Below the pieces are notes generated by a model, which saw only the letters and a list, made by a program, of their open reading frames with translations, searched no databases and was not told where the DNA came from. This document shows positions 36,763-49,689 of a DNA stretch of 64,000 nucleotides, in pieces (the first letter of the stretch is position 1; each line of letters begins with the position of its first letter). The stretch is from Vicugna vicugna. Its lineage: Eukaryota. The translations under genes and the position numbers were made by a program. The DNA lies in the NCBI GenBank assembly GCA_013265495.1, contig MU058654.1, positions 372,001 to 436,000 of the forward strand, read 5' to 3'.

Positions 36763-39126
36763 TAAAATTACAGTCAATGTTTATTGTAGAAAATAGTATC
36801 AACCTTACTCCCCCTGCAAAAAAACAAAAAAAAAAACTCCAAAATCCTCTTACCCAGATATCCATTCTCAATATTGTGATATTTATCTTTCAGAATATTA
36901 CCTATGCAAAATATAAATAAACACATGCACACACATATAAATGAAATACTGCATCTCAGTTTTGCTGTCTGTCACACAGCTGGTGGGTATATTAATTGGT
37001 GTTAAGTTTTCTAGGGACCAGTTTGTCATTATGTATCAAAAGTTTTAGAAACATATGTATTCTTTGGTCAAGCAATTACACTGCTAACAAAGTCTAATGA
37101 GAAAAGTGTCTAAGAATGGACCTGAAGGATGTTCACTATAGCGTTTAGCGTTGTTTAGACTCAGTTTAAAGAGATGGAAACAAACCAAACATCCAAAAAA
37201 GTGAGGATCCTGGCAGGTAAGTTTTCTGGTACATTCACATAACTAAATATGATGCAGCCTTTAATAATGATACTCAGCTATACATTAGGAATATGGGGAA
37301 CTGCATAGGACTGGTATTGGAGGCATTTCCTCTGACAATCCCAGGTAAGGGAGTTTCCTGAAATGCTCTCTTCAAAAAAACCACGATGGAGCTGCCGCCG
37401 GGATGGCACCGCCCGGAGCTGGGCTGCTGACAACGTTTCCGGGCTCTCCATATGCTCCTCAGCTTCCAGAAACGGCAGGCTAACATCTCTCTCCTGCTGG
37501 CACTGGTGGGCTTGCCGCAGCTGTCACTGTTCCTGTCCTCTCTCTCTGCTCGGTCTCCAAAGCCTTTGCCCACTCTCACCAAGGCCAGAGAGGCATTCTT
37601 GAAGCTAAAAAATTTAAAACCTGGTGAGTGGTCCTCTCCTACTGCGCAGTGGCGTCAGCCTTGTTCCTCTGGGGACAGGCAGGAGGTGGGGGGATGCGAG
37701 AGGAGAGGCAGAAGGCAGAGGGAGGCGAGGCGTGGGAGTGGGCTGGGACAGCCAGCAGAGAGAAGGAGGGTCACAGAGGGGAAAGAAACCAAAAGAGACA
37801 AGGCTCTAGGGCAAGAGCAGGACGTGGGAGGCAGCAGCTTTTAAATAATCATAAAGAGCATGCAAGAAAGATGCCGCTGTGCTTTCTTTCCATTGATGAC
37901 GTAACCAATGCATTCAGGATGGAAACTCAAATTAGAGTCAACCAGATCTTGAACTGTGTGCTGATACCCGGGAAGGGAAAGCTTTCCTTCTTTCACCTGC
38001 TTTCTTCTCTTCCTTCTCCACCATCCCTTTTTCATTCTCCTGATTCACTTATACACATTCCCGTTGGTTTTCATAGTTCAGCTAAACATTGTGATGGCTT
38101 GGATCAGTACTTGGAGACAGGAGACGGGAGACGGGAGATGAGAGAAAGGTCCACTTGCACAGGGTAGGATGTGTACAATGCTCCGTGCGTTCTGAACCAA
38201 GTGGTTGACTTACTCATTTCCAGTGTGGGGAGTTGCAAACTAAGAGTTTGAAGATGCTGTGCAGTAACTTCCTCATCCTCTCCAGGTCTCGCCTGCTGTT
38301 GTGGTTTTGCAGTACCCATCTTCTACTGGGCATTGTCTGGCTTTCCTTTGTGCCTTAATTTCTCAGTACTCTTTCACTAATGCCAAGTATACTTATCAAA
38401 TTTGGACTCTCGTCAGCCCCCTTCCTGTGACCTGGAATCATGCTCAACAGTCAGTTAAACTAATCTGACTCCTTCTGTAAGATGAAGCATACTTTTCCAC
38501 AGCATCTCTATATTTTCCATCTTGACACTTTCTTGTTAATGTGTAACGATGATTAATTAATTTACCTTCTACTTAATAGACACAGTAAATCTGGGATATG
38601 ATCAAAAACTTAAATATCTACCCCAGTATTCTCTCCTCTGCTGCCTAGCAGTGCCCGATCTTCATACGCTCTTCTGTACCCAACCACCATGAGGCCATTG
38701 GTAGGTGCAGCTTTTGCTGGCCTGGTGCTTGGTGGTGTCCCCTGACTTCCAAGAAGCCTGATTGCTCAACCAGAGGTGACAAAATGTAAAAGGGAAGTCC
38801 TGGTGTTGCACAAAACTAGTGGTGGATGTAAATCACCACATTTCCTAACTTAAGAGGAGCCCAATGAGTCAACAACACCACTTCAAGGTAGAAGAAGGGA
38901 ATTCAATTACCTGAGAACCTACTATGTACCAAATACTATGCTAAATGTTTCATGCTCTCCAGGAACCATTATCTCCCAGCTGCAGAAGACACAGTGCCTT
39001 TCCTCAAACTAGACAAATCACCCACATGATATTTGGCTTATAGACACGTGTAATGAGCATCTGCAAGTGTCTCTAAGTCAAAAGGAAGCCAAACTAGGTG
39101 AATTTATGATAATAAAAGCAATTAGT

Positions 39127-39270
39127 GGGGAGAGGGAGGTTATAGCTCCATGATGGAGTGTGTACTTAGCATGCGCAAGGTCTTGGATTCAATCCCCAGT
39201 ATCTCCATTTAAAAATAAACAAATAAAACTAATTACATTCCCTACCAAAAAAAGAAAAGTTCAAAAACAA
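39127..39270 (+). mobile_element. Camelid tRNA-derived SINE (vic-1-like)
   Basis: tRNA-Ala-like head and A-rich tail; TSD CAATTAGT at 39119-39126 and 39271-39278. Confidence 0.9.
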
Positions 39271-39689
39271 CAATTAGTATCTATTAAGTACTTACTAAGA
39301 GCCAGACTTTGTGTCAGTCTCTTTAAAACTCAGTCTCAAGTATCAGAATTGTCTTTATAGGTGACAAGAAGATTTGGATTTAGAAAAATGATCCAACACA
39401 CAGTAGCATGCCTCCTACATCATCAGAGTGATATAGAATACTGTAGGTATTAAATCAGATGACTTTTAAAATTGATGATCTGTTGGTAATCTATTCCAAA
39501 TGTCTACCAATTGACCTAAGCAAGGATTTATCTCATTTTCTAAACATTCTAGATGAAGTGGAGTTTACTAAAACCCAGCACAATAATTAGTCCTATTGGT
39601 TTAAAGGCTCCTAATTCTAGAACATAATTAATACTAAGTAATGTTTTAATGTGATTGACATTCAAAACATGATGTGAATTATTACTAGT

Positions 39690-39920
39690 AAGAGTTGTAA
39701 TAGTCATTTTTGAGCACTGTCTTAAGCACATCCTAGAAACCATCTTCTGTATGAGTAACCTATATGAGAGGTTGTACCATAAGTCTCATTTCACAGATGA
39801 GAAAACTGAGGCACAGAAAGGTGAAGTAATCCTTGTCTGGTTTCATACCTGGTGAGTGGTAGAGGTGGGACTACAAGCTGGTTCTAGTTGGTTCCAAGCC
39901 CAGTGTCCTAACCTTGACCA
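39690..39920 (-). mobile_element. MIR SINE
   Basis: Core 'ctcatttcacagatgagaaaactgaggcacagaaaggtgaagtaa'. Confidence 0.85.
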
Positions 39921-41108
39921 CGCCAACTAGATTCAGTTGCTATTTAAAATAACAAAGAAACAACAATTTTAAAAAAAACCTATGATACATTTCCCTATAA
40001 TACAATAGTTAAAATCTAGTTGAAAACCAACCGAGTCATTTTTTTTATATTTCTGATCGTCAATAAACAAGTTAACTGTTCCATTTCCGTAAGTTTTCTC
40101 TGTAAGAACGTTCATCCCTATTGAAATTTTTAATTAGCTTGAAAACTACTAGCATGGCTTTAAACCACCCAAGCTGACTTTTTTTTCCCTTAGCAAACTT
40201 TTTTTATTTGTCTTATGGAATAATTTTTTTTGTTTATTGAAGTATAGTTAATTTGCAAAGTTGTGTCAAGCTGATGTTTTAAAAGGGGGCTCTGGATCTT
40301 TTACAAACGGTCCTTTGTTTGCAGCTCTGACACCTGTGAAAGACAAAAGTGGTTTTTTCTTACAGCTTGTTGCTAATGGGATGCCAGTTCCGGGCCCTTC
40401 CGAGATGACCTCGCTCAGAACAGGTTTGGTGGCCCTTGCCTAGGGTCAGCCCATGGTGCTTCCTGAAGGAGTCATGGAATCCATGCCTGACAGGCTCCTG
40501 GGGAGCCCCCCAACCCCACCCCTCGCCTCCACCAACCACCTGATGAAGACATCAGAGACCAAAGGAAACATTTAAGCATGCCTGACCACTCTACATCCCT
40601 TAGAATGCAGACACCTTTGCTCCTCATCCTGGTTTTACCTTGTCATGTAGGAACCAGGACCGGATGCCACACCAGTTGCCTGGTGACTTAGTTTGTTGCT
40701 GTCTCTTATTTCTCGGATTTGAGAAATACTTCAAATGATCAGAACATTTTAAGGTTCCCTAAATTCTTCCTCGGAAAATCGCCACTTACTCTGCCCTATT
40801 GTCAGTCCTTTTGGTTTTGATAACCTTCCCCTCTGCCCTCCCAGGGTTTTGTTGTGTGTTGATGGGTAACTTTAAACTTGCTGACTGTTACAAGTGGGGG
40901 CTAAGCTTGCATTATGTATTAGATGAAGTAACTTCAATGACATGAAGATAAATGGAGGGAAAAGGGATTTTCAGATTTTACTGAAGAAATTTTTGCCAAA
41001 TTCCATACTCAAAATAAGAAGCATCTTGATTTTTCCCCAGTAATTTCTCATCTGAAAGATGAAGATGTTGGAGAACATGGTTTATAGCCTTCATCTCCAC
41101 AGGAATAT

Positions 41109-41279
41109 ATGTATATTTTTAAAATTATTTTTTATTTTATTTATTTTTATTTTTAATTTTAAAAAATGGGGGGGTAATTAGGTTATTTATTTATTTATTT
41201 AAATGGAGGTACTGGGGATTGAACTCAGGACCTCCTGAATGCTAAGCATGCGCTCTGCCACTGAGCTATACCCTCCCCC
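41109..41279 (-). mobile_element. Camelid tRNA-derived SINE (vic-1-like), young copy
   Basis: Minus strand 'ggggagggtatagctcagtggcagagcgcatgcttagc...gagttcaatccccagtacctcca'; perfect 14-bp TSD CTCCACAGGAATAT at 41095-41108 and 41280-41293. Confidence 0.95.
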
Positions 41280-44200
41280 CTCCACAGGAATATTTTTATA
41301 CTTCAATAATTTTTTAAAACCCATAAGCTTACATCCTATTGTAAGATCCTGAAGGGGGACAATGTTTCAACTAAGGCTGCTGAATTTGAAGAGAAGCTTC
41401 TCCAAGAAAAATTGTTATCGAGATAGTAATTGAAAAAACAAACTAACAAAAACTAGAAGTACTCATTCTTAATCTCTGCGACTCCAAAGACAAATATGTG
41501 ATTTATCAAAATGGTCCAGATTCAAGAAAAGGCTGCATAGCTGAGACCACACATATATGAAGCTGAAAACCAAAATCAGTTAGCCTTGAGTCAAAATTGA
41601 AACCTTGTTTATACCACACACTCAGAAAAATCTTTGAAAACAAAATTCTTTGTCTTATATTATCTAATGGATTGCAACAATTCTCCCCTTCACAAATAAA
41701 GACATTTCCTAAAAGTTCAAAACCAATTATGCTCTCTGGATCTCTTTCAATAAACAGGTCACCTTCTGCATTCCCATGTTTCAGCTCATTCATATTGACG
41801 GAAGCAAGCAACTCTATTTGGAAATTTTCAATGCATTCCATTGAGACACCCATCTCTAAGGAATGATTTTTTTGCACAGGCTGGGTTAGAAAGTCAAGGT
41901 GTTTTTATTCTCTCATGACCATTCTTCTGCATCTTCTAAAGAGCCCTCATAAAAAAAATAAAAATAAACAATAAAAGGTCTCGTAATTTTCTATTTGAAA
42001 TTGTTGTTTGTATATATTTCTCGCTACCTAAACTACAAGCTTCATGAAAGCAAGAACCACCTCTTTACCTGCAAAGATTGAATCCTATTATTTTATAGCC
42101 TTTCCAGCACTTTACATAAAGTAGTTACTCACTAAATAAAGTGGAAGGACCCAGAAATTTCCCTAGTATTAGTGCCTCCTACAAATGTGTTGGCACAAGT
42201 GCAAAATAGATACTCACTGTAGCATCGTTTCCATCATGAAAACTGGGGACTACGTAAGATGCTCGTCAACAGAGGAATGATGAAGTAAACACCCATGTCA
42301 TGCAAACTACGGATTGCTACATACTCCAAAAATACGTAAAACATACACACTTGGCACCTGATGACAGGAATAAATTAGGTAAATAGGTATGGAAATTTGT
42401 CCATGATATTATTACATGAAAAAAGTTGGAAAGTTGCAGAAAAATATATATTGCATGTTCCTATTTTTAACAACTGCCTACATATATATATATATTATAT
42501 TATGCACTTTAATAAATATATTTTATACATCAACACTGTCCAAAAGGATACGCTGCATGCTCGCATGAGCAAATCCCTCTGGGAAGTGAGATGCGGTGGA
42601 CAAAAAGGGAATCTGACGCCTTTATATAGTTCTACAGGGCTGATGTTCTTTACCCTGAATATGTATGTCTTCACAATAAAAGGTTAAAGAATATCAATAC
42701 TATCTAAATCAATGAGTGAGAGTTGAATGAATGAAGTCTATCTAATCTAATGGTTAATTCTATTTACCTATTCTGGTCATAAGGAACAGAACTTCCCTAG
42801 AGATGGGAGCATTACAGAATAAGACAGGCATTTATGGAAAGGCAACACTGTATCATGTAAATTATCCTATTTTCGGAGTCCATAGTCTAAATTTCTGGAT
42901 CACCTCCTACCTACTGAGCTGTGTGACTATCTAGCTTTCCTATGTCTTACTTTAAAGTGAGGTTGCCTGGACTAAAGGATTCCTTGGAGTTCTAAATTTC
43001 TTACCCACTTTTTTTTTTGAGAGAGAGAGAAAGAGAGAGAAATGATGAGGGTCATCAAATGGCCAGAGCATTAAAGGAAAATTTTAGATTCATTGCTATT
43101 AGAAGACAGGCAGTTAACAGAATCTGACAATGAAAAAAATAAAAAAGGCGTACTTTAAGAGGTTAATGTTCGTTTTATACTTTGCTTCATGATATAAATT
43201 TAGGCTTTCATCCGCAGTCAACCCTACGTAACATCCTATAAGACAAGGGAACACTGTTTACAACATGGCATTTCAAGCATCCAGATGATGGTCCGTTTGG
43301 AATAGATTACAACCCTGCCTTCTGTCATCAACCATTCACGTACTCATATTGCATCCACATGTAGCCAGGGACCATTTGTTGGTTCTGTTTCCTTTCACTG
43401 GGGGGAAAAGGGAAAAACGGGGGGAACGTTTAGCCCAGAATTCTTTCTTAATATTCTCTTTTTTCCTAACTTTTCTGGATTAGAAGCTAAAAACTTACAC
43501 GCGGGTTGATCGGTGAATAACATCTATTAATAATGTCACAGAAGAAGAGACCTTGAATCCAATCAACATTAAATGTCACCTCCTGTCTCAGAAACTGTAT
43601 TGATCCATGAATTTTACTCCAAATACGTTACAGATATAAGACCAGGAGGGTCATTCAGATACAGTCTAATGAGAAGAGCGTCTTTTTTTTTTCAGCCTTA
43701 GTTTTTAAAAGAAAAGGCAACTTCTTTGAATCATGACATCCTATTAAATGCAAAAAGGGCCAACGGTTTTCATTGTCCCCAGTGATATTATATGCAGTTC
43801 TTTTTATGGTTTCTGACAGAGGATCTTAATTAGACCTTAGAAAGGATAAGTTCCATTTTTTCAGCCAACTTTGAAAGACGATCTTTCCCATCTAATTCTA
43901 CTTGAAAAATCAATATGTACACTTTTGCCTTTAGCAGTTCCCAGAATGTTATCTACAGCCAACAGGGCCATCTCCCTCTCACCTGCTTCTAGTTTTCATT
44001 ACCCAAATATTTCTTTGTTCCTCTTTAAGAGTTACAAAGAAAGATCTAGGAAGCCTGCATTAAGAACATTGGGGGAAAAAAGTTTCAGAGTGGGAAGAAT
44101 GGTGGAAAGGATTTCCTCCTCCAGCTAGGAATCCTGATAATTTCAGCATCGATTGTTAGGAAAGGTGATGGGACTTGGGACCAGGGCTGGCAGGGATGTT

Positions 44201-46149
44201 CTTTGATGCACATTTGCCTCCCACAAGCATCCCCTTTCTGCCATTATGCTATTCTGACTGGGAAAGAGTGGGAATAGCTTTCCTACCTCCTACAGGCCAG
44301 GAACTCCATCTTCCCCATTGAGCAGAACCTCACGCTGGACCAGTCCTCCTCACCTCCGCAGTATCCAGCTATGGAGTCTTCTTCCCTACCAAACCCGCCT
44401 AGCCTGTGTAGACCCCACTTGTCTGTAGATAGTAACACAGGTAAACTGGGAGGGTAAGACCTAAAGCTGTGACATGACTCTCAGTGGCTTCTGAGAGGAC
44501 ATCACAGGTCCAAGACAACTCTTCCCAGCTCCCGTCCGACAGACCCTGCCTCTAAGCCCAGGTGCAATTTTACAAATCTAAACACTGGATTCCAAGCAGC
44601 CACTTCCAATGGATAAGAGTTGGTCTGAAAGACAGAAACTGTTCGCCATCATGCCTTACCTGCTGAAAGCAAAAACTACAATTGCTAAGATATGCATGGG
44701 TAGCCTCCTAAGAAGGTGGGTGTGGTGAGCACCTCATCACAGGCAAGTGGAGCTTTCAATAAACCTCTGAGGACACCACTCCACCTGCCTGTGGAGCTGG
44801 CCCTACCTCAACGTACCCTTCTGATTCAAGAGATGTGTCCATGGTCCATCTGCCATATGCTCTGTGATGACACTGCCAGCTCCTTCCGTCCTTGACTGTT
44901 TCATGATTTAAGGCTTCATTATGCCTTCAAGCTATTCAACTTTGTTATACATTCGAATGCAATGGAAAGACAAAGTAAATGGCCACGGGTCTTGAATGCC
45001 ACACTCATACGAATTTGGCAGTTTTCACATAATTCTAAACTCCTAAGCATTTGTTTAAGTGTATGGCAAAAGCGTGCAGTGTTCATTTATAATGAAAAAA
45101 AAACCCTTAAACATTCTATTTAGCAAATTTGATTAGTCAGCTTGAATTTTGGAAAACCTTTCTGACTTTGTACAGTCCCACTCGATCTCCAGATCACTGT
45201 GCTGAATTCACAGGTGTGGTACACACATACTGGACAAAGTAGCCATTTGAATCAACGATGTGTGTGGGATGTAAACCCTCTGACTTTTGATTAACAAGCC
45301 AGTTGTTGGACATCAATACAGAAGCATTGTTTCTTTGTAACGGCTTGGATTTGTGACTCTTCTCCCTGTCACCATACCCCCACCTACACAGGCCCATGAA
45401 TACAAGAATCAGTTTATCCCTTTTCTATTCATATCAGGGTGTTTCACCACAGATGTCTTTTGAAAACCTGTTTGATCGCCAGAATCCCTCATTCATATTC
45501 ACACTGGGTCTCAGCTCTTTCTGCATGATTTCAACACATTTTTCCAAATTGTTTGGCACACTTCTTCTCCAAGGTTTCTAAAGTCAGCCCTACCCTTCTC
45601 TCGGATGAAAACTGCCTGAAATACTAACTTATCCTTATTAATAACGAAGTTGATTAATCCAATCAACTGTTGCACAATCACTCACACAGTAAAAAATGCT
45701 AGTTTGACACTCACAAGCCAGCTGACAGGGCCTTGTTCAAGAGCAAACCTTTAGCAAGTTGTCTTGTTTTTTAGCTTATTTGCCTATTAATCAAATTTTG
45801 GTAGGTTTTCTGTAACCTGAGTTTAATACCAGAGGGACAAAGTAGTGAGCAAATAGTTGGGAAACATTAGAACCCTGTGGAGTTCTGTTAATCTGTTAAT
45901 AAAAGCCATGATTTCTCTACACCTAATGCTACTTTTCTGTACTAGAAAATCTTAACACAGTAATAATTTCAAGCTCACTGCTTATTTCATCCACCATGAG
46001 TTGGACCCTAATCTTTCCAAATCACTACAGATCATTTGGATTTAGTGATTGGCCTGAGATTTAAAATCTCTCAATAATGAAGAATTCGAGGTCTTATAGT
46101 ACAGATAACATAATGCTACGTACATAGTGCATATTTTTTAAATGTACGT

Positions 46150-46582
46150 AGTTTCCCAAATGACTGAACTTTATGTGGAAATAAAGATCACCCAAATGAG
46201 AACAAACCAAAGTTATCTACTCTGAGCTTGCTGTCGCAAGGTAGCCGGTCACCATCCCATGCCTTTGGCAGAGACTAGAAGGCAGGCAGAGCAGTGGGAA
46301 AGTGTGGGAGTGGGAAAAAATGGTGCAACCTGATTGGATGAAGCTGATGGGGAAGTTGGATGACTAGAAGGGAGGCGTCCTATGTGATTGGTTAGGGGAA
46401 CATATTTGGCTTTTTCTGATTGGCTGTGAATTAGAAGCACTGGCATAAATTAAGGAAGATGTCAGTAATTGATCAAATCCTGGCCACTTGGGGCATCCTG
46501 GACTGGTTGCTGTGGGTTGTGGTCAGAGTTCTGTTTTTAAATACGATCTGGCCACTATCAGTTTGCATATTCAATTTCTTAG
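46150..46582 (-). mobile_element. ERV1-class LTR (MER90/MER110-like)
   Basis: Minus strand starts 'taagaaattgaatatgcaaactgatagtggccagatcgtatttaaaaacagaactctgaccacaacc'; repeated CCAATCA. Confidence 0.65.
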
Positions 46583-47899
46583 CGGATACGCACTGAAAAG
46601 TCCCCATTAAAACTGACAACACTAAAATGACCACGTGCTATACTAACAGATGGTACTTCCCATCCAATTTGCTAGTTCTTCTCTATGATTAAACAAATAA
46701 AACTTATAAATGTTTGAAGAAAGAAAAAAACCACAAAGAAAATGATCACTAAATTATCCCAGCACGTTTATAAGACAGCCCCCTTAATATTTGGAGTATT
46801 CACTTCCACTGTTCTTTCTATATACAAAATGTACAAAAATAAGATTGATCTGGGCATCAGAATTTGCAAACTCTTTTCTAAACCAGCTGAAAACCAATGA
46901 TCATGAACATTCTCTGCCTTGTCATTTAGCAGTTTTTCCTATCATCACTTTAATCACTAGATTATCTTAGTGATGACCCATGTCAAGGATCCCTGTAATG
47001 CAGGCAGCTCTCTGCTAATTTGGGTTCCTCATGGTATTTCTTACTTTTCACTCTGCTAAAAAAAAAAAATAGCACACTGAACATTCTTGCAGGTAACTCT
47101 TGACACACAGCTCTGAATCAATGGCTCCTTAAGAACAAATTAAAAAGTGTTGGTGCTGAGAACTAACCAACGGGCAGCGAAACAGAGTGAGGAGACCCAC
47201 GGAGTGGGAGGCTTTTGTTCGTGCCTGTGTCACCATCACCTCTTCTGTCCCTAAACGTCTCTCTTTCCTCTAAACCTCTCTTTCTGGATCTCCAGACCTC
47301 ATCTGTGTAAGGAGAAAGGCCCTGTAAGGATACAGCAGGAACACAGCTGGACAATTCTGCCATCCCTGCTCCTGCTCCTCTTGGAAGGGGCAGCACCTGC
47401 AGGAGCTGCCCCTGAGCAGAGCCAGGCAGAGCCCTTCAGCTGGAGGCCTGGGCATCGAGGTGGAGGTAAGAAGGTTTCTGCTCTCATGCTGCCTGCTTTT
47501 TACCCCCAACAGGCAGATGCTGACATTACAAAGCTCCCAGAAGCCCTGTTTTGGGGCTTCTTGTTGTTTTTTAACTGAAGTATATCCAGTTACCATGTGT
47601 GAATTTCTGGTGTACAGCACGATGTCCCAGTCATGCATATATACACATATATTCATTTTCATATTCTTTTTCATTAAAGGTATTACAAGATACTGAGTAT
47701 AGTTCCCTGTGCTTACAGAAGAAATTTGTTTTTTAATCTACTTTATATATAGTGGCTAACATTTGCAAATCTCAAACTCCCAAATTTATCCCTTCCCACC
47801 CTCTTCCCCCTGGTTACCCTAAGATTGTTTACCATGTCTGCGAGCCTGTTTCTATTTTGTAGATGTATTCATTCGTGTCCTCTTTTTTCCTTTTTTCTT

Positions 47900-48712
47900 T
47901 ATTCTTTTTGTTCCACACATGAGTGATATCATATGGTATTTTTCTTTCTCCTTCTGGCTTACTTCACTTAGAATGATGATCTCCAGGCCCACCCATGTCA
48001 CTGCAAATGGCATTGTTTTATTCTTTTTTATGGCTGAGTAGTATTCTGTTGTATAAACATACCACAACTTCTTCTTTTTTTTAAACATTTTTTATTGATT
48101 TATAATCATTTTACAATGTATACCACTTCTTCTTTATCCAGTCATCTGTTGGTGGGCATTTAGGCTGTTTCCATGTCTCGGCTATTGTAAATAGTGCTGC
48201 TATGAATATTGGGGTGCATGTGTATTTTCGAATTAGAGTTCCCTCTGGATATATGCCCAGGAGTGGGATTGCTGGATCATATGGTAAGTCTATTTTTGGT
48301 TTTTTGAGGAATCTCCATACTGTTTTCCACAGTGGCTGCACCAAACTGCATTCCCACCAGCAGTGTAGGAGGGTTCCCCTTTCTCCACAGCCTCTCCGGC
48401 ATTTGGCATTTGTGGACTTTTTAGTGATGGCCATTTTGACTGATGCGAGGTCATACCTCATAAAGTTTTGGTTTGCATTTCTCTGATAATTAGCAATATT
48501 GAGCATTTTTTCACGTGCCTGTTGGCCATTTGTATGTCTTCATTGGAGCATCGCTTGTTTATGTCTTCTGCCCATTTTTGGATTGGGTTTTTTTTTTTGT
48601 TATTAAGTTGTAAGAGCTGTTTTTATATTCTGGAAATTAAACCTCTGTCAGTCGCATCGTTTGCAAATATTTTCTCCCATTCTGTAGGTTGTCGTTTTGT
48701 TTTGCTTATGGT
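47900..48712 (-). pseudogene. L1 ORF2p C-terminal region including the CCHC knuckle
   Basis: [26 protein letters not shown]...[12 protein letters not shown]...WKQPKCP, continuing as EYYSAIKKN...LSEVSQKEKEKYHMISLMCG. Confidence 0.95.
48074..48119 (-). mobile_element. ~46 bp L1 3'-terminal insert nested in the L1
   Basis: Minus strand 'acattgtaaaatgattataaatcaataaaaaatgtttaaaaaaaa', flanked by ATACCAC(AA/TT)CTTCTT. Confidence 0.85.
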
Positions 48713-48992
48713 CTCTCGGCTTCTTTAAACTTCAAAGGGTGTCAGGCTGCAGCCTGCCTGGGCGCCTGGGGCAATCCGGCTACACTGCAACAGGCGAGCT
48801 GAGCCTGGGAGCTTACGTTCCCCGCTGCATAGACAAATCTTTTTCTCTGGACAAACCATATCATCGTGTTGTTTCTTGTTGAGTTCAGACATTTTGGAAA
48901 TATCGTAAAATTTGTGTGAAACACAAAGCTGCCCAGACAGACACTAGCCCCACCTGAGTGCTAGGGAAAGGACCACACTTAAAAGCTGTGAT

Positions 48993-49480
48993 GGGGCAGA
49001 TCCAGGAGGAGGTCCTGGGGCTTATACAGTTTGGGGTGCCCTTTAAGAAAGAGAATATACAGTCAATAGTATAAATCAGCTGCAGGGCTGTGGAAGGAAT
49101 CTCGCCAGGAAGGTGCTGATGCTCAGGTTTGCTGCCCAATCTCCCTGGGGGCATTTGGTAAGACGACAAAGCCTGCCTGGTCCCTTCCCAGAGCTTCTGG
49201 TTCAAGTAGATCAGGGGTGGGGCTGAGAAGGCACACTTCTAAGGAGCTCCCTTAGATGTGATGTGAACGTTGGCGGTCCCCACTTTGAGAACGACTGGTT
49301 TATACAACTGGGGGTTGGGGGCTCTTGAAGACAAAGAATACAAAACTCTTTTTCATGTTTTACAGAATCTATTTGCTTTTCCATATTTTACCAAATATAT
49401 ATATATATACACGCCACCACTAGGGTCCTTCCCAAGGTCTCGGAAGGGCTACAGCAAGTGAGGGACACTGAGATTCACCT
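48993..49480 (+). mobile_element. hAT-Tip100-like fragments surrounding a MER5A (~49110-49297)
   Basis: 'ggggcagatccagg...ttatacagtttggggtgccctttaagaaa' and 'ggaagggctacagcaagtgagggacactgag'; the MER5A ends 'cactttgagaacgactg'. Confidence 0.55.
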
Positions 49481-49689
49481 GCCGGGTGGTCAGACCACCA
49501 CGGGGGTGCCCGCTTTACTGGTCAGGTCAGCAGAGCCCTAAGAGGCTGCATTTCTAGGAAAGAGGAGATCATGTCCACTCTGTTCAAATCACAACGCTTC
49601 CCCTCGCCTGGGCTACCGGACAACGGAGGGGCCAGGGGGCACAGTGCATTCAAGCTGTTACTGTAGAATGAAACTGAAGAATGCAAACC

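Larger units (their letters stand above)
47563..48717 (-). mobile_element. Young 5'-truncated L1 (~1.15 kb) with TSD
   Basis: ORF2 C-terminus plus 3'UTR; TSD GGCTTCTT at 47555-47562 and 48718-48725. Confidence 0.95.

Noticed and set aside
37628..38167. 179-aa ORF, the longest in the window
   Set aside because: GTG start; it runs through purine-rich then pyrimidine-rich low-complexity sequence and has no recognisable homology.
41205..41279. tRNA-Ala gene (also at ~10250 and ~39130)
   Set aside because: The tRNA-like heads are followed by SINE body and tail and flanked by TSDs, and their stems are mutated. These are SINEs.
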